A DNA stretch of 64,000 nt. Origin: Octopus vulgaris (Eukaryota). Location: the NCBI GenBank assembly GCA_951406725.2, contig OX597818.1, positions 28,024,001-28,088,000 of the forward strand, written 5' to 3'. The notes beneath the pieces were generated by a model, which was given only the letters and a program-made list of their open reading frames with translations, ran no database searches and was not told the DNA's origin. This document shows, piece after piece, positions 1 to 13,544 of this stretch (the stretch's first letter is position 1; the number at the start of each line of letters is the position of its first letter). Made by a program: the position numbers and the translations under genes.

Positions 1-365
1 TATATATATACACACACACACATACATACATATGTTGGGGTGTCCATGTTAGTATTTGGGTGTGTTGGTGAGCGTGTTTGTGGGTGAATGCTCTGTTCAA
101 ATATATATATATATATGTGTATATCATTTATTGTTAATGCAGGTATGCGTGTATTTCTGTTTATATCTGTATGTAGATGCATATATATATGCATGTATAT
201 GTATGTGTATATGCATATGTATATATATGTGTGTGTATGTGTATTTGTAAGTATGTTTTTGAATGTGTAAATATATATATATATGTATATGTGTGTATAT
301 GTATATATATAGATGTGTGTGTATGAGTGTATGTATGTCTATGTATCTGTATATGTATGTACGTG

Positions 366-406
<41 letters not shown>

Positions 407-659
407 CTTTAAACTCTGGCTCTGTTGACACTTATATATAAGAGAATTGTTTATATATAAAAAAAATGTATATAAGTTGAAGCAAATTGTTGATCTTTTG
501 ATGTTTTAATAATTGTTTATGTTATGTTATATCATATTCATAATATATTATGTTATAATATAAATAAATTATTAGAATGTCAATTGTATCTCTCCATTTA
601 ATTTTATCTTTATACATATATATTTACATACATATATGTAATATGTACATGTATACATA

Positions 660-716
<57 letters not shown>

Positions 717-765
717 ATATATATACATACATATATATGTATGTATATATATAAATTTATATAAT
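1..765. repeat. Compound (TA)n/(TG)n/(TATG)n microsatellite field
   Basis: Dinucleotide runs directly visible; the ORFs here are YI/CV low-complexity artefacts. Confidence 0.95.
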
Positions 766-1388
766 TAAGGATAAGATCGTTAATCTAAAAATAAAATAAC
801 GATTTTATCAAGTGGTTAGCATGGAAAAAAAATAACCTTTAAAGGTAATAATTATTAAAATTATGTATTAGGGAATCTACGAGATACTACCATGCTGAAA
901 ATAGCAGTCACGATCTGACTCTAAAACCACCTTAATTGTCCATATATCAACATGGAGAGAAAACAAATAGACAAGATGAAACTAGTAAAAAATTACTGGA
1001 TAATTCTAGATCCCGGACTTCTGACTTTTTATTTAGGAATGCTTTGCCTCGTTAGTAGAATACACACACACGAGAAACATAAATACATACACACATACAT
1101 AGGTAATTAAATATTAGAGTATAGCTAGGCTAAAGATATTCAATAGTTTATTAATGTTTTTATTAAGCTAAATTATATCTTCACAGATAAATACATTTTT
1201 CCATATATTGACTCTATTTTTTTTACCTTCAATATTTAACACGATAAATGTATTGTAGACAACTGGTCCTAATGTTTTAAGTTTCAAATTATATAATGGA
1301 GTTTCTTTTATAAGAAAAATCATTATTTCATTATTTTATTTTTTAAACTCTATTTGCTTATTTATTTAACTATTATTGTTATTATTGT

Positions 1389-1492
1389 TAACCTGAAGAG
1401 TGACTATAATTATAAATTGAATTGATATTCGATTAAATTTAAATTTAATTGTAATTCGAATTTATTTATAGCCATGAAATGTGCGTAGTTTT
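1389..1492 (+). ncRNA. Degenerate Penelope-type hammerhead ribozyme motif with long stem II
   Basis: CTGAAGA at 1393-1399; stem II gtgactataa/ttatagccat; GAAA at 1476-1479; then tgtgc-GTA-gtt; aac/gtt as stem I. Confidence 0.5.
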
Positions 1493-2635
1493 TTTTACTT
1501 ACTATATATTGATTATTCATTTTTGTACCTTTTGTGATCTAGTTATATATTTCTAAAAAATATATTTTATTTTTTATTTATGATTTGGTTTATGTCTATC
1601 ATTGTTTGAATTGCATAATAGTGGTTTCTCTAATTTATGTATTATACACACACACGCACGCACACACACACACGCACACACACGCACACACACACATACA
1701 CACACACATATATATCATTCTGTGTATATCTTGTATAGTGCTAAAAAATACAAGTGTATCAGTAGCAGTAAAAAGCATCCAGCAACACTAGCAGCAGTGG
1801 AAATTGCTAAATCTGGATTTAAGATCACATGAGAGACAGAGTAGTATACTCACTTAGTGGTAACTCTTAATAGCCACTGTAGTATGGAAATAGTCTTGTA
1901 TGAGGTAAAGGTAACATCAAAAGACCAGGTATGTGGAAGTATGTCTGAGCAACAGAAGATCCTTTTAGGACCATATTCAATAACCATAATCCCCTCTTTA
2001 ATATCCTAGAGACATGAAATGCCACAACCCTGGCTAGGCACTTACAATCATAAAGGGAAAGCAACATGAAGTAAAACATAAAGTAGAAAATCTTAGAGAA
2101 ATGCAAAATATCAGTGACCTTTGGGGCTAGGGGACTAACTCTTGATATAACTCATGTCCTTTTGTTTCATTGTTTTTCACAGCACCCACAAACCAGATTT
2201 TCACTACCAATAAAGGAGAGCAGTTGCCATATCTTTTCTCCATAACTGTCAGCTCTGACAAGCATGTGGTATTACATAATCATGCTGTTATCTATCATCC
2301 TGTTTAATATCCAGTGTGAAACCAGTTGAAAAGATCAGGCATAATGGATACATAATACTGTACCCTCTGATTAATATACCCACTCCATTGACAAATATAA
2401 CAGTACATTTTTTCTCACATGAATTGTTAGACAACTGCATACATAAATGTATACATAGGTATATGTACCTTAACATACATACATCAACACATGTACATGA
2501 AGAACATATGAATACATACACACATACCAATAGGAACTCTAAATGTAAGTGCATATACTTATGAGTACAATGCATGAAACTCTTGACCCATGACTCACTT
2601 TGTAACTTCTACTGATGAAAAACTATATGCACACA

Positions 2636-2840
2636 CATCATCACCATCATCATCCTCGTTTAACGTCTGCTTTCCATGCTAGCATGGGTTGGACGATTTG
2701 ACTGAGGTCTGGCAAACCAGATGGCTGCATCAGGCTCCAATCTGATCTGGCAGAGTTTCTATAGCTGGATGCCCTTCCTAACGCCAACCACTCTGAGAGT
2801 GTAGTGGGTGCTTTTACATGCCACTGGCACAAGGGCCATT
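2636..2840 (-). mobile_element. 3' tail of RTE LINE family, 5'-truncated, with (GAT)n end
   Basis: catcatc..gtttaacgtctgctttccatgctagcatgggttggacg matches the 3' end of the RTE at 61582-64000. Confidence 0.85.
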
Positions 2841-2847
2841 CAGATTG

Positions 2848-4082
2848 AAAGTTTCAAAATAATTGAATTTTGTTATTCCATTTTCTCTCCCAAACCTTTA
2901 GCTTTTAGATGTATTATCAAAAAGATAAATTAAAACTCTAAATTTCTCCTTCCTGAGATGATTTGGTAACCATAGAAAATAGATATTTTGACACTGAATT
3001 ATCAGGATGTTTGTAAATGTAGATTATCTAAAAGCCAAATTATTTGAGTTCAGTCATTATGACAACAATTAACAGAATATCATATTTCAACAATGTTTAA
3101 ATAAGAATTAGAATATTGCTTGAGTGTATAAGTAGAGTGGTGTTTGTTTTGGGAATTACCATTTATGTAGATTAATTGAAACTATAAATTATATGGTTTC
3201 ATATTTTAACGATTGTCTCAACTCCAATAACAATGAATTTGAACATATATCTAAAAGATCATTTGGTAACTTTTGGATAAACCTCATGTTTCACTACTAA
3301 GAATATCCTTAACATTCTAAATCAGATATGTAGATGAGCTGTTTAAGTTATTTATTTTCTTATGGACAAATCAATTTACTTTCTCAAAATTTAAGCATTT
3401 AGTGTTGGAGTGAATGATATATTTCTTTGTTGTTTTGGTTTGGTAACTGTATTCAGCCCTAACCTCTCAGCTACTACATCCCTATAATATGCTGTCTTTC
3501 ATTAGTTGAAACATTAGCATTAGGAAGGATACCTAACTTTGAAAATAGTTGCTCTAACAATTCTCCCAGATTAGTTCATCAGGAACGAAATAAACTAAAC
3601 TTGAAGGTACATCAGATGAAATAACAGCTAAAAAACAAAACAACAAAAATACATCAACTTTTAAAGTATAAAATTGTTAAGATTTGTTTATAGTATAAAC
3701 AGTCAGTACATTTAGATCTGAATGTGCCTGATGCTCTGTAATACTAGGATGTTTCAATATAAGCATGTGAAATAGGACAGGCAAACTAAGTGACAGTCTT
3801 ACATATTGTAGAAAAGAGTTGCAAAAATAAGAATGGTATGTAAGGTGCAGGCATGGCTGTGTGGTAAGGAGTTTACTTCCCAGCCACATGGCTGTGGGTT
3901 TCGTCCCATTGTGTGGAACCTTGAGCAAGTGTCTTCTACTATAACCTTGGGCCAAGCAACGCTTGTGAGTGTATTTAGTAGGGGAAAACTGAAAGAAGCC
4001 CATCATATTTTATATATGCCATGGGGAGCTGAAAAGTTCCTGGCTTTAAAGTTATATTTCAAATAGCCTTGTTGGAGGCCCA
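2848..4082. repeat. Local segmental duplication, copy 1 (direct copy 9835-12060; inverted partial copy 9117-9330)
   Basis: Collinear matches, e.g. ttgttattccattttctctccc, caggatgtttgtaaatgtagattat, ggacaaatcaatttactttctc, catcagatgaaata. Confidence 0.9.
3842..4005 (+). mobile_element. tRNA-derived SINE, head only
   Basis: A-box-like tggctgtgtggtaag, B-box-like ggtttcgtccc, family core ccttgagcaagtgtcttctactata. Confidence 0.85.
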
Positions 4083-4527
4083 TAACTTAATTACAGATTT
4101 ATACATTAAATTTGCATTTATGTGACGTGAGGATAATTTCATCAGAGAAAAAAGATGTACCTTGGGATGTTATATGCGGACCTATCAATTCATTTCAGCA
4201 GATTAAATATTATAGTTTATGATTTCTATTATTATATTCTGGGGTGAAGTATTGTTTATGGATTGATTAGAATATGATTAGAGATAAAGTAAAATAAATA
4301 AAACCAGAACAATAAATAAAGTAAAAATAGAGATGATTAAGAGGAAATAAACATAAAAAACGTAAATTTATAGTTAATAAAAAGAATAAGGTATAAATAA
4401 AATTATAAAAGTTTATATAGGTATATGTGTGTATATATATACACACACACATGGTCACACACACATACACACACAGATACATGTATATACATGAATCCTC
4501 ACATATATGCATATATATGTATATGTT

Positions 4528-4558
<31 letters not shown>

Positions 4559-5377
4559 GTATGTATATTCTTCATACCCATCACCCATCTAAATGAAATT
4601 AATGTAGATGCTTATTAATAAATATGTACCCATTTGGTATATGAAATTTTGAATTAGTGTGTCTGTACTATAGCATTTCATGATGACTATATCTATTCTT
4701 AACAGTTTTAGTATAATGTGGATGTTTAAATATCCATACATATACATACACACACATATACATACATACATATGCATACGCTTACCCATGCATAGACATA
4801 CAAAAATACATACATATACATGCATATACATATGCACACATATACAAAAATATTTGTGTGTGTGTGCACATCCACATATCCACATAGATTATATACACAT
4901 GCTCTTAGATAATATGAGCATAAAAATATATGATTTTATTTTTCTTGTTCCTGTGTTAATATACGTGTATGTATACAAATGCACACAATTATGTATGCAC
5001 ATGTGTGTGTTTGCATGGGTATTTATGTATTCATGCATGCATATATGAATATGTGTAAATCGATATGTGTATGCGTAACTATAATTCCACATATTCCTAT
5101 AAACAATTTCACATGCTATTTAATCGTGTATATAGATGACTTTACATACTTTCCATTTTCTTGTACTTATGGGCATGTATGCATACACACACATGCGTAA
5201 ACAATTATGGCTATGTGTAGATAAATTTGAAGTGTTTATGGATGTGTGGGTATTTATGTACATGTGTGTGTAAGAATATAATTATACATACCTGTATGTA
5301 TGTGAGTGCACGGCTGTATATGTATGTATATATACATATATGAATATATGCACATGCATGTGTGTGTGCATATACAT

Positions 5378-6070
5378 ATCATCATCATCATCGTTTAACG
5401 TCTGTTTTCTGCGCTAGCACGGGTTGGACGGTTTGACCGGGGTCTGGGAAGCCAGGGGCTGCTCCAGGCTCCAGTCTGATCTGGCAGAGTTTCTACGGCT
5501 GGATGCCCTTCCTAATGCCAACCACTCCACGAGTGTAGTGGGTGCTTTTTACATGCCACCTGCACAGGTGCCAGGGGAGTCCGGCATCGGCCATGATCGG
5601 TTGGAGCTTTTAACGTGCCAGCCAAGGCTGGCAACGGCCACATTCAGATGGTGCTTTTTATGTGCCACCGGCACAGAAGCCAGTCGGTGCGGCGCTGGCA
5701 TCGGCCACGTTTGGATGGTGCTTTTTATGTGCCACTGGCACAGAAGCCAGTTGGGGTGGTGCTGGCATCGGCCACGTTCAGATGGTGCTTTTTATGTGTC
5801 ACCGGCACAGAAGCCAGTCGAGTCGGCGCTGGCTACGGCCACATTCGGATGGTGCTTTTTATGTGTCACCGGCACAGGTATCACAACTACTATTTCCATT
5901 GATATTTATTTCGATGTTCATGTTCATGTACTTGACTCAACAGGTCTCCTCAAGCACAGCGGGACGTTCTGGGATCCAGGGTACTTTGAATGGGCAGGGG
6001 CTATGTGGAACTGGTGCAGGAAGCAGCCCGGGTCTTTGCAGTCACAGCATATCTCCAGAGATCTCGGTCC
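5378..6070 (-). mobile_element. RTE LINE 3' UTR fragment with ~60-bp tandem subrepeats
   Basis: Same tail motif; about 5 units of gatggtgctttttatgtgccaccggcacagaagccagt at 5600-5880. Confidence 0.85.
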
Positions 6071-6321
6071 TTTATATGCTTATATAAATGTGTGTATATA
6101 TGAGTAGATGCACATACATATGAGTGCATGTGCCTGTATCTGTGCACACATGTGTGTATACATGTATGTGTGTAGCTGTATATGTACACATATATACGTA
6201 TACACATATATTTTTTATATATGTGTGCGTATGTATATGCATGTATATTTATGCATATGTGTATGTCTATGCATGTGTATGCATATGCATGCGTTCGTAT
6301 GTATATGCGTATGTATATATG

Positions 6322-6795
6322 TGAGGCAAGTGAAATTGAAATCGAAATCAAATTCGATGACTGGCATACGAGCGTGATTGTTGCCAGAGCAACAAGCTGG
6401 CTTCTGTACCGGTGGCACATAAAAAGCACCATTCAAGCGTGATCATTACCTACATCACTTTATTGGCACTTGTGCTGGTGGCACGTGAAAAAACATTCGA
6501 GCGAGGTCGTTGCCAGTGCCGTTGGACTGGCTCCTGTGCAGGTGGCACATAAAAAGTGCCATTTGAGCGTGGCTGTTGCCAGTACCGCCTGACTGGCCCT
6601 CATGCAGGTGGCATGTAAAAGCACCCACTACACTCTCGAAGTGGTTGGCATTAGGAAGGGCATCCAGCTGTAGAAACTCTGCCAGTTCAGACTGGAGTCT
6701 GGTGCAGCCATCTGGTTCATCAGACCTCAGTAAATCCTCCAACCAATGCTAGCATGGAAAGTGGACATTAAACGATAATGATGATGATGATGATG
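6322..6795 (+). mobile_element. RTE LINE 3' UTR fragment
   Basis: tggcacataaaaagcacc subrepeats; ends atgctagcatggaaagtggacattaaacg(atg)n. Confidence 0.85.
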
Positions 6796-7239
6796 TTATA
6801 TTCATATGCACATTTAAACATCCATATTTTGCTAAAACTGTTAACAATAGAAATACTTTTCAAGAAACGCTATGCTGTAGACACACTCATTCAAAATTTC
6901 ATATACCAATGGGCACTGATATACAGATATGGATCTAGAATCTTTTCTGTTTGGTTGTCAGCAGCTTCAAAACTTAAAATTTACCGAGAATTTTATAATT
7001 TGGGACAAGGATCTTTTCCTTTTGAACGGCAGTTTTCAACACAATTTCTAGTTAACTTTTAAACTTCATATACTGGTAGAATGTGTTTATAAAACATCAT
7101 TTTTTCTTGGCTTTATTGAGAAAATTCTATATGTTTTAACATATTTCCACTTCAAAATCGAGCATTTTGGCAATTTTAACCAATCAAATACGTCCATTTG
7201 GGGTGAAAACATACCGTGCTGTATGAATATGCCCCTCGT

Positions 7240-9117
7240 TTAAGAAACAGATTGGGTTTATTTACATTTGCGAAGAAAAAAAGCGAAGATGGGGTATTGT
7301 TTTCAGTCATGTTTGCTTGTTTGTTTGACCGTGGACAAGATATCTCAAGAACTGCTGGATGGATTCGGATGAAACTTTCAGGGATGTTTGGCCTCATGAC
7401 TGGCACACACTGATTAGATTTTAGGATCGATCTAGTACCAGACAAAGATTCTGAATTATTTTTCCTGTTTTGTTTTTTTACTTAATTTTTGAAAGCAGGT
7501 GGTTTCATTTTTAGTACTCTCGTTTTTGACAGCAGTTGAGTTTATTTCAGATATTCTCATTTTAAAAGTCATCTCAGGCTAATTGTTGAAAGGAATTACT
7601 GAATGGATCCTTATGATATTTGAAACTTAGATTCAATGTATAAGGGCGGGCATAATGCAATATGTTTGGTTTGAATTTCAGATGGCTTAAAGGGGGCAGA
7701 ACCCTCCCATGAAAATTCATAAATTTTTGATGTTGATAAAATTTCAACCATTGGTAATTGACACACATCAAGAACTATTCTCAAAGTTTCCACTTCACGT
7801 GAGGATTTTAAGACACCCTAGTGGGGGCCTTAACTCCCAAATTTTAGTCATTTCTTTTATGATCCAAAACTAAATCAAAAGTACTGAATGGATCTTTATG
7901 AAATTTGGAAATTATATTCTATGCATAAGGGCCACAACCCCCATGACAATTCATATATTTTTGCTGTTGATGAAATTTTAACCATAGATATTAGATACAA
8001 ATGAAATAATATTTATAAAATTTCATCTTCTTACAAGTTAGAAAGACCCCTTCATGGGGACTTAACACCCACAATTTTGTCATTTTATCTAAGCAAAGAC
8101 GAATAGTCCTACTCTTTGGAAGCTGTGGGGTCATCTGAGCATAGAAGATGAGCATTATTTGTAATTCAATGGTACAACTGTGTAAGAGTTTGCTTTGACA
8201 TACACTTAGATTGTGATTTCTGCAATGTGGTGCATAAATTGTCAAGTAAATGAGAAGCATCTTTGCCTCCACTGATTCAGTTGCAAAGTGTTGAGTAAAG
8301 TTATTTGATTGCAGATCTCCTTTCAGTCTTTTTATTATCACTGGGTTACACATAGTCCCCACATGGTAACATTGATTTCAAGGCCTTCCCAGATGAGTGA
8401 CTGGTTATTCAAAGACATTTATAGATTGTATATATATTCTGTCCAGTTACGTATCAGTATAGTGTTCATTTGCAAACTCCAACTTTCATTTCTCCTTAGC
8501 CCCCATGTCACACAGTTGTTAATGTTTATTTCAGTTGGGTCACGCCCTTCCAATTGCTATAGATTCATAATGCATCTTATGACTGTGCCTGTCACCTGCA
8601 AGGTGAGGAATACTACATTGGGAGTGGTAACGTCTAGGGTACTGTAGCTGACTGCTTATTGTGATCATTTTTGGTTTCCTGTAGCTTTACTCTCTTTTAC
8701 AAATCCAGTGAACATATATTTCCTATTTCAAAGAAATTCAAACAATAGATATAAGACCCAAGTTAAAAAGATTCTCAACAATACAACTTCTCTGGTTGAC
8801 ATTAAGATGCCCACCCCCAATAGGGGCGTTAACTCTCACATTTTAGAGCTCCATGACCTCCATTTTTCAGGAGCAAAATCCTTTTAACAGGTTCAACAAG
8901 ACTGAAATTTTGGAATATGCGCATAAAAATCAGTAGTATGGGATACATGCAGCACGATTACAATTTTGTCTGGGTGTGTAAAGAGGGAAATAACCCTCAT
9001 CTGCAATTTTGATGAAATTCGAAACATAAATATTCCAGTTCATTACAGAAAATATAACAGAAAAGTCTAATTCTTCAATTGTATTTAACTCGAGCAATGC
9101 CGGGTAACTCTGCTAGT
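7240..9117 (+). mobile_element. Probable non-autonomous Helitron/Helentron-like element(s) with internal degenerate repeats
   Basis: DINE-1/pearl-like block (ggtattgttttcagtc..tttgtttg..ggatggattcggatgaaacttt); repeated tactgaatggatc units at ~7598 and ~7882; ends gagcaatgccgggtaactctgCTAGt. Confidence 0.45.
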
Positions 9118-10644
9118 AATGACTAAAACTAAAATAATTTGGCTTTGAGATAATCTTCATTTACAAACATCCTGATAATTCAGTGTCAAAATATCTCTCT
9201 TACATAGTTACCAAATCATCTCGGGAAGGAGAAATTAAGAGTTTTAATTTATCTTTGGAAAAGCAGCTGACAGTGAGAATACAATATATATGAAGGAGAA
9301 ATTAAGAGTTTTAATTTATCTTTTAAAATAAAAATAAACATCTGTAGTCAATTTTCATAATGAGTTTTCTTGTTGTTCAATTAACAGAACTACTTTCTCA
9401 CTGAATTATATTGTAAGTGGCTGAGTATTCCACAGATATATGTATTCTTAGTATAATCTTCAAGCAGATTTAGCACACTGATGAGGCTGACCTTTTGAAT
9501 TATGGGTCTAGCTCTTCTGATGACCTTCCACATAGCTTCTGTCTACCTAGTTCCATTCTAAAGGATTTGGTGAACTTGAAACTGTGGTAAAAGACATTTG
9601 TATAAGACTCAACACAGCAGATCTCATGATTTGGAAGAGAACATCATAACCACTTGGCTATACCTGCTTCCATACAGATATTACAAACACACACACACAC
9701 ACACACAGAGGCAAGCACACAAATATGTCCACAGCAACTTTATCGTGATGCTATTATTATGACAGTGAATTTTTTTTTTAATTTCTCATTTCCTGCTATT
9801 GCTTCAATGAAATAATCTTAGAAATGTTGTAGATGATAGTTTCAAAATAGTTGCTTTTTGTTATTCCATTTTCTCTCCCAAAACTTTAGCTTTTAGACAC
9901 ATCATCAAAAAGACAAATGAAACCTCTCAATTCTCCTTCCTAAGATGATTTAGTAACCATAGAAGATAGATATTTTGATACTGAATTCCATATATAATGT
10001 ACAGGATGTTTGTAAATGTAGATTATTTGAAAGACCAATTTTTTTTGGTTTTAGTCATTATGACAACTATTAACAGAATATCGTATTTCAACAATGTTTA
10101 GATAAGAATTAGAAAATTGATTGAGAGTATAAGTAGAGTGATGTGTGTTGATTAATCGAAACCATTATAAAGTATATGGTTTCATGTTTTTTTAACAATT
10201 GTCACAGCCTCAGTAACAATAAATTTGAACATATATACTAAAGACAATTTGCTAGTTTTGGGATTAACCTCATGTTTCACTGCTAAGAACATCCACGATG
10301 TCCTAAATCAGACATGCACATGAGTTGTTTAAGTTATTTATATATATTCATTTATCTATGGACAAATCAATTTACTTTCTCAATTATTAAGCATTCAGTG
10401 TTTGAGTGATTGATATACTTGTTTGTTGTATTGATTTGGTAACCTTATTCACACCTTACCACTAAGCTACTATGTCCCTATAATATGCTGTCATTAGTTG
10501 AAACTTTATCATTAGGAAGGGTATCTAACTTTGAAAACAGTTACTCTAACAATTCTTACAGGTTGGTTCATATAAAATCAAATAGACTAAATTTGAAGAT
10601 GCATCAGATGAAATATTTAAAGAGAAAACAAAACAAAAACAAAC

Positions 10645-10818
10645 GTACAGGAGTGGCTGTGTGGTAAGTAGCTTGCTTACCAACCACATGGTTCTGGGTT
10701 CAGTCCCACTGTGTGGCACCTTGGGCAAGAGTCTTCTATTGTAGCCTCGATCTGACCAAAGCCTTGTGAGTGGATTTGTTAGATGGAAACTGAAAGAAGC
10801 CCGTCATGTATATGTATG

Positions 10819-10884
<66 letters not shown>

Positions 10885-11102
10885 TGTGTGTGTCTGTGTG
10901 TGTGTGTGTCTGTGTTTGTCCCCCCAACATTGCTTGACTACCATGCTGGTGTGTTTATGTCCCCATAACTTAGCGGTTTGGCAAAAGAGACTGATAGAAT
11001 AAGTACTAGTCTTACAAAGAATAAGTCCTGGGGTTGATCTGCTCAACTAAAGGCAGTGCTCCAGCATGGCTGCAGTCAAATGGCTGAAACAAGTAAAAGA
11101 GT
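10645..11102 (+). mobile_element. Full-length tRNA-derived SINE with internal (TA)n(TG)n
   Basis: Head tggctgtgtggtaagtagc..ggttcagtccc; central microsatellite; tail ggcagtgctccagcatggctgcagtcaaatggctgaaacaagtaaaaga. Confidence 0.9.
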
Positions 11103-11149
11103 ATACATTATCAACTTTTAAGTATAAAATTGTTAAATTTTGTTTATAA

Positions 11150-11511
11150 CATAGGCATGTGGTTCTGAGTTCAGTCCTACTGCGTGGCACCTTGGGCAAG
11201 TGTCTTCAACTATAGCCTCGGGTCGACCAAAGCCTTGTGAGTGGATCTGGTAGACAGAAACTGAAAGAAGCCCGTTGTATATATGTGTATATATATATAT
11301 ATGTGTGTGTGTGTGTTTGTCCCCCAACATCGCTTGACAACCGATGCTGGTGTGTTAATGTCCCCCGTAGCTTAGCAATTCAGCAAAAGAGATCAATAGA
11401 ATAAGTACTAGGCTTACAAAGAATACGTCCTGGGGTTGATTTCTTCGACTAAAGGCAGTGCTCCAGCATGGCCACAGACAAATGACTGAAACAAGTAAAA
11501 GAGTAAAAGAG
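11150..11511 (+). mobile_element. tRNA-derived SINE, 5'-truncated
   Basis: Same core and tail as 10645-11102; tail repeat gtaaaaga x2. Confidence 0.9.
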
Positions 11512-11819
11512 TCAGTACTTTTGGATCTAAATGCGTCTGATGTCTTGTAATACCAGGATGCTTCAATATAAGCATGTGAAGTGGAATAGAAAAACTAAGT
11601 GACAATCTATCATATTACATCCCACTTGCCAGCTCATTTCCTGAAGCAAAGTACCATTTTACAAATGAGATAAGCTTTTAATTTTAAATGGAAAGTATTC
11701 AAACAAAATCATTATTTAACACTTATACATATGCACACTTTTAAATTTTGTGCTTGTTATTTGTTACATAAGTATAGATGTATCAAAAGAAAAATGTTTC
11801 AAAAATATAAATGGCTCAT

Positions 11820-11982
11820 AAGGTGCAGGCATAGCTGTATGGTAAGAAGTTTGATTCTCAACCACATGGTTCTCGGTTCAGTCCCACTGTGTGGCACCTT
11901 GGGCAAGAGTCTTCTACTATAGCCTTGGGCCAAGCAAAGCTTGTGAGTATATTTGGTAGATGTAAACTGAAAGATGACTATC
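11820..11982 (+). mobile_element. tRNA-derived SINE head
   Basis: ggtgcaggcatagctgtatggtaag..ggttcagtcccactgtgtggcaccttgggcaag. Confidence 0.85.
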
Positions 11983-11996
11983 TTATATTATATATG

Positions 11997-12210
11997 TGAT
12001 GGGTTGATGAAAATATCCTGGCTTTAAGGGTATTACAAAAGACCTTGGTGGAGGTCCAACTTTCCAAGTTCTTCTACATGGCTTTGAAAAACTGCAGCAC
12101 CATTGCAATAAGTGTGGGAATCTGAGAGAGGAATATGTTCAATAAAATCATAATTAAATGACCCTCTTGTATTTTCTTTTACCCAAAGCCAGGAATTTTT
12201 CAGCACCACT
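11997..12210 (+). mobile_element. Mariner-derived MITE
   Basis: Imperfect TIRs tgaaaatatcctggcttt / aaagccaggaatttttca; interior resembles a mariner C-terminus (aataagtgtgggaatctgagagaggaatatgttcaataa). Confidence 0.65.
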
Positions 12211-12217
12211 TTGTATA

Positions 12218-13463
12218 TAAGTGTGTAAGGTATTTGTGGACATACCTTTTTTGGGTCATTGCTGTATTTTTTACTAACTCTGTGTAATTTTTGTTTCAGA
12301 AAATAATAATGGCAGACCCTCAGCTTACTCAAGAAATGAAGGGACATGCTATTATTTTGGTCATAAAGGCTGAGCATAGAAATTTAGAAATACCTTTGAT
12401 TTTTAGAAGTTGCCAAAGCTTTCGTTTTCAAAATTTGTAAGGAGCTAGAGACTGAAGATGGAAGTGTATCACCAGTATCAAAGCATAAAAAGCATTCTAA
12501 ACACTCTGAAATCATCATCAGAACACCTGGATTTATCCAGCAAGTTCAACAGGCCATTGATTACAATTCCAGAAAGTCCATGAGGTCAATTGTAAAAGAT
12601 CTCCATGTGTCAGAAGGAACAGTTAGAAATGTTGTCCATGAAGACATCAGATATGTCTTATATGATGAGGAAAGGTCAATTTGTCAGAAAAAGCAAAAGA
12701 AAATCACTACATCAGATTTAAAAGGCTCCTAAAAAGATGAAAAAGGCACCAAAAGAAGATTCAATTTAGTTTTTCTAAAACGAGAAAAACTTTGACTAAG
12801 ATCGAAAAGTTAACAGAAGAAATGACAGATGGTTATGTGCAGACCCTTCTAAAGTTTGAAGTATTATAAATACAAAATTTCCTGCAACTGTTATGGCTTT
12901 AGGGGTTATCAGCACTGAAGGACATGTAATGCCTCCTCAGGCCTTAGAGTTAACTCTGCCACCTACACTGAGGTCCTGGAAACAATTGTTAAGCCCTGGA
13001 TAGACAGTGTATGCAATGGAAGGCCATATGTTTCAGTAAGACTCTGCACTATCACCCACAGCTCTAGTAACACAGGAATGGATGGATGAAAATTTTCATG
13101 ATCACACAACCCCTAACATTTAATTTCCTAATTCCCCAGATCTCAATCCATTGGACTATTACATGTGGAGCATTGTTGAGAGAGAGGTCAATGAACATAC
13201 CCATAACACCAAAGATTCTTTGAAAGCTGCCATAGTCAGAGTAATGTCCAAAATGAACCAGGACCACTTGATTCGAGCATGCAGATGATTTAGATCTTAT
13301 ATAGAAGCAGTTGTTGAAGCTGAAGGTGGCTTTATTGAATAACATTATAGAAAAGAAGGTTTATTTTTATTCTCATAGCATTTTTTGATAAATTAAGTTA
13401 TTATCTGTTATTATATACCTGTTTTTTTTTATAAACATAAATCTGTCCTCAAATACCTTACAC

Positions 13464-13468
<5 letters not shown>
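12218..13468 (+). mobile_element. Tc1/mariner-superfamily transposon, maT/DD37D-like, defective
   Basis: TIRs gtgtgtaaggtatttgtggaca / tgtcctcaaataccttacacac in TA context; remnants KVNRRNDRW, KFPATVM.LG.IS.EG, PNSPDLNPLDYYMWS, EAVVEAEGGFIE*; stops and frameshifts. Confidence 0.85.
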
Positions 13469-13535
<67 letters not shown>

Positions 13536-13544
13536 CATATACAT

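Larger units (their letters stand above)
9835..12060. repeat. Local segmental duplication, copy 2, interrupted by two extra SINEs
   Basis: Collinear with 2848-4082, including the shared SINE head and mariner MITE end. Confidence 0.85.

Noticed and set aside
2183-2306. Possible exon after ttgtttttcacAG
   Set aside because: Short frame ending in a stop, weak donor, no recognisable motif
3842-3915. tRNA genes at SINE heads
   Set aside because: A/B boxes present but no full cloverleaf, and each continues into SINE core sequence
5600-5880. Regularly spaced repeats resembling a CRISPR array
   Set aside because: Whole ~60-bp units are homologous (no unique spacers), they lie in an RTE 3' UTR, and there are no cas genes
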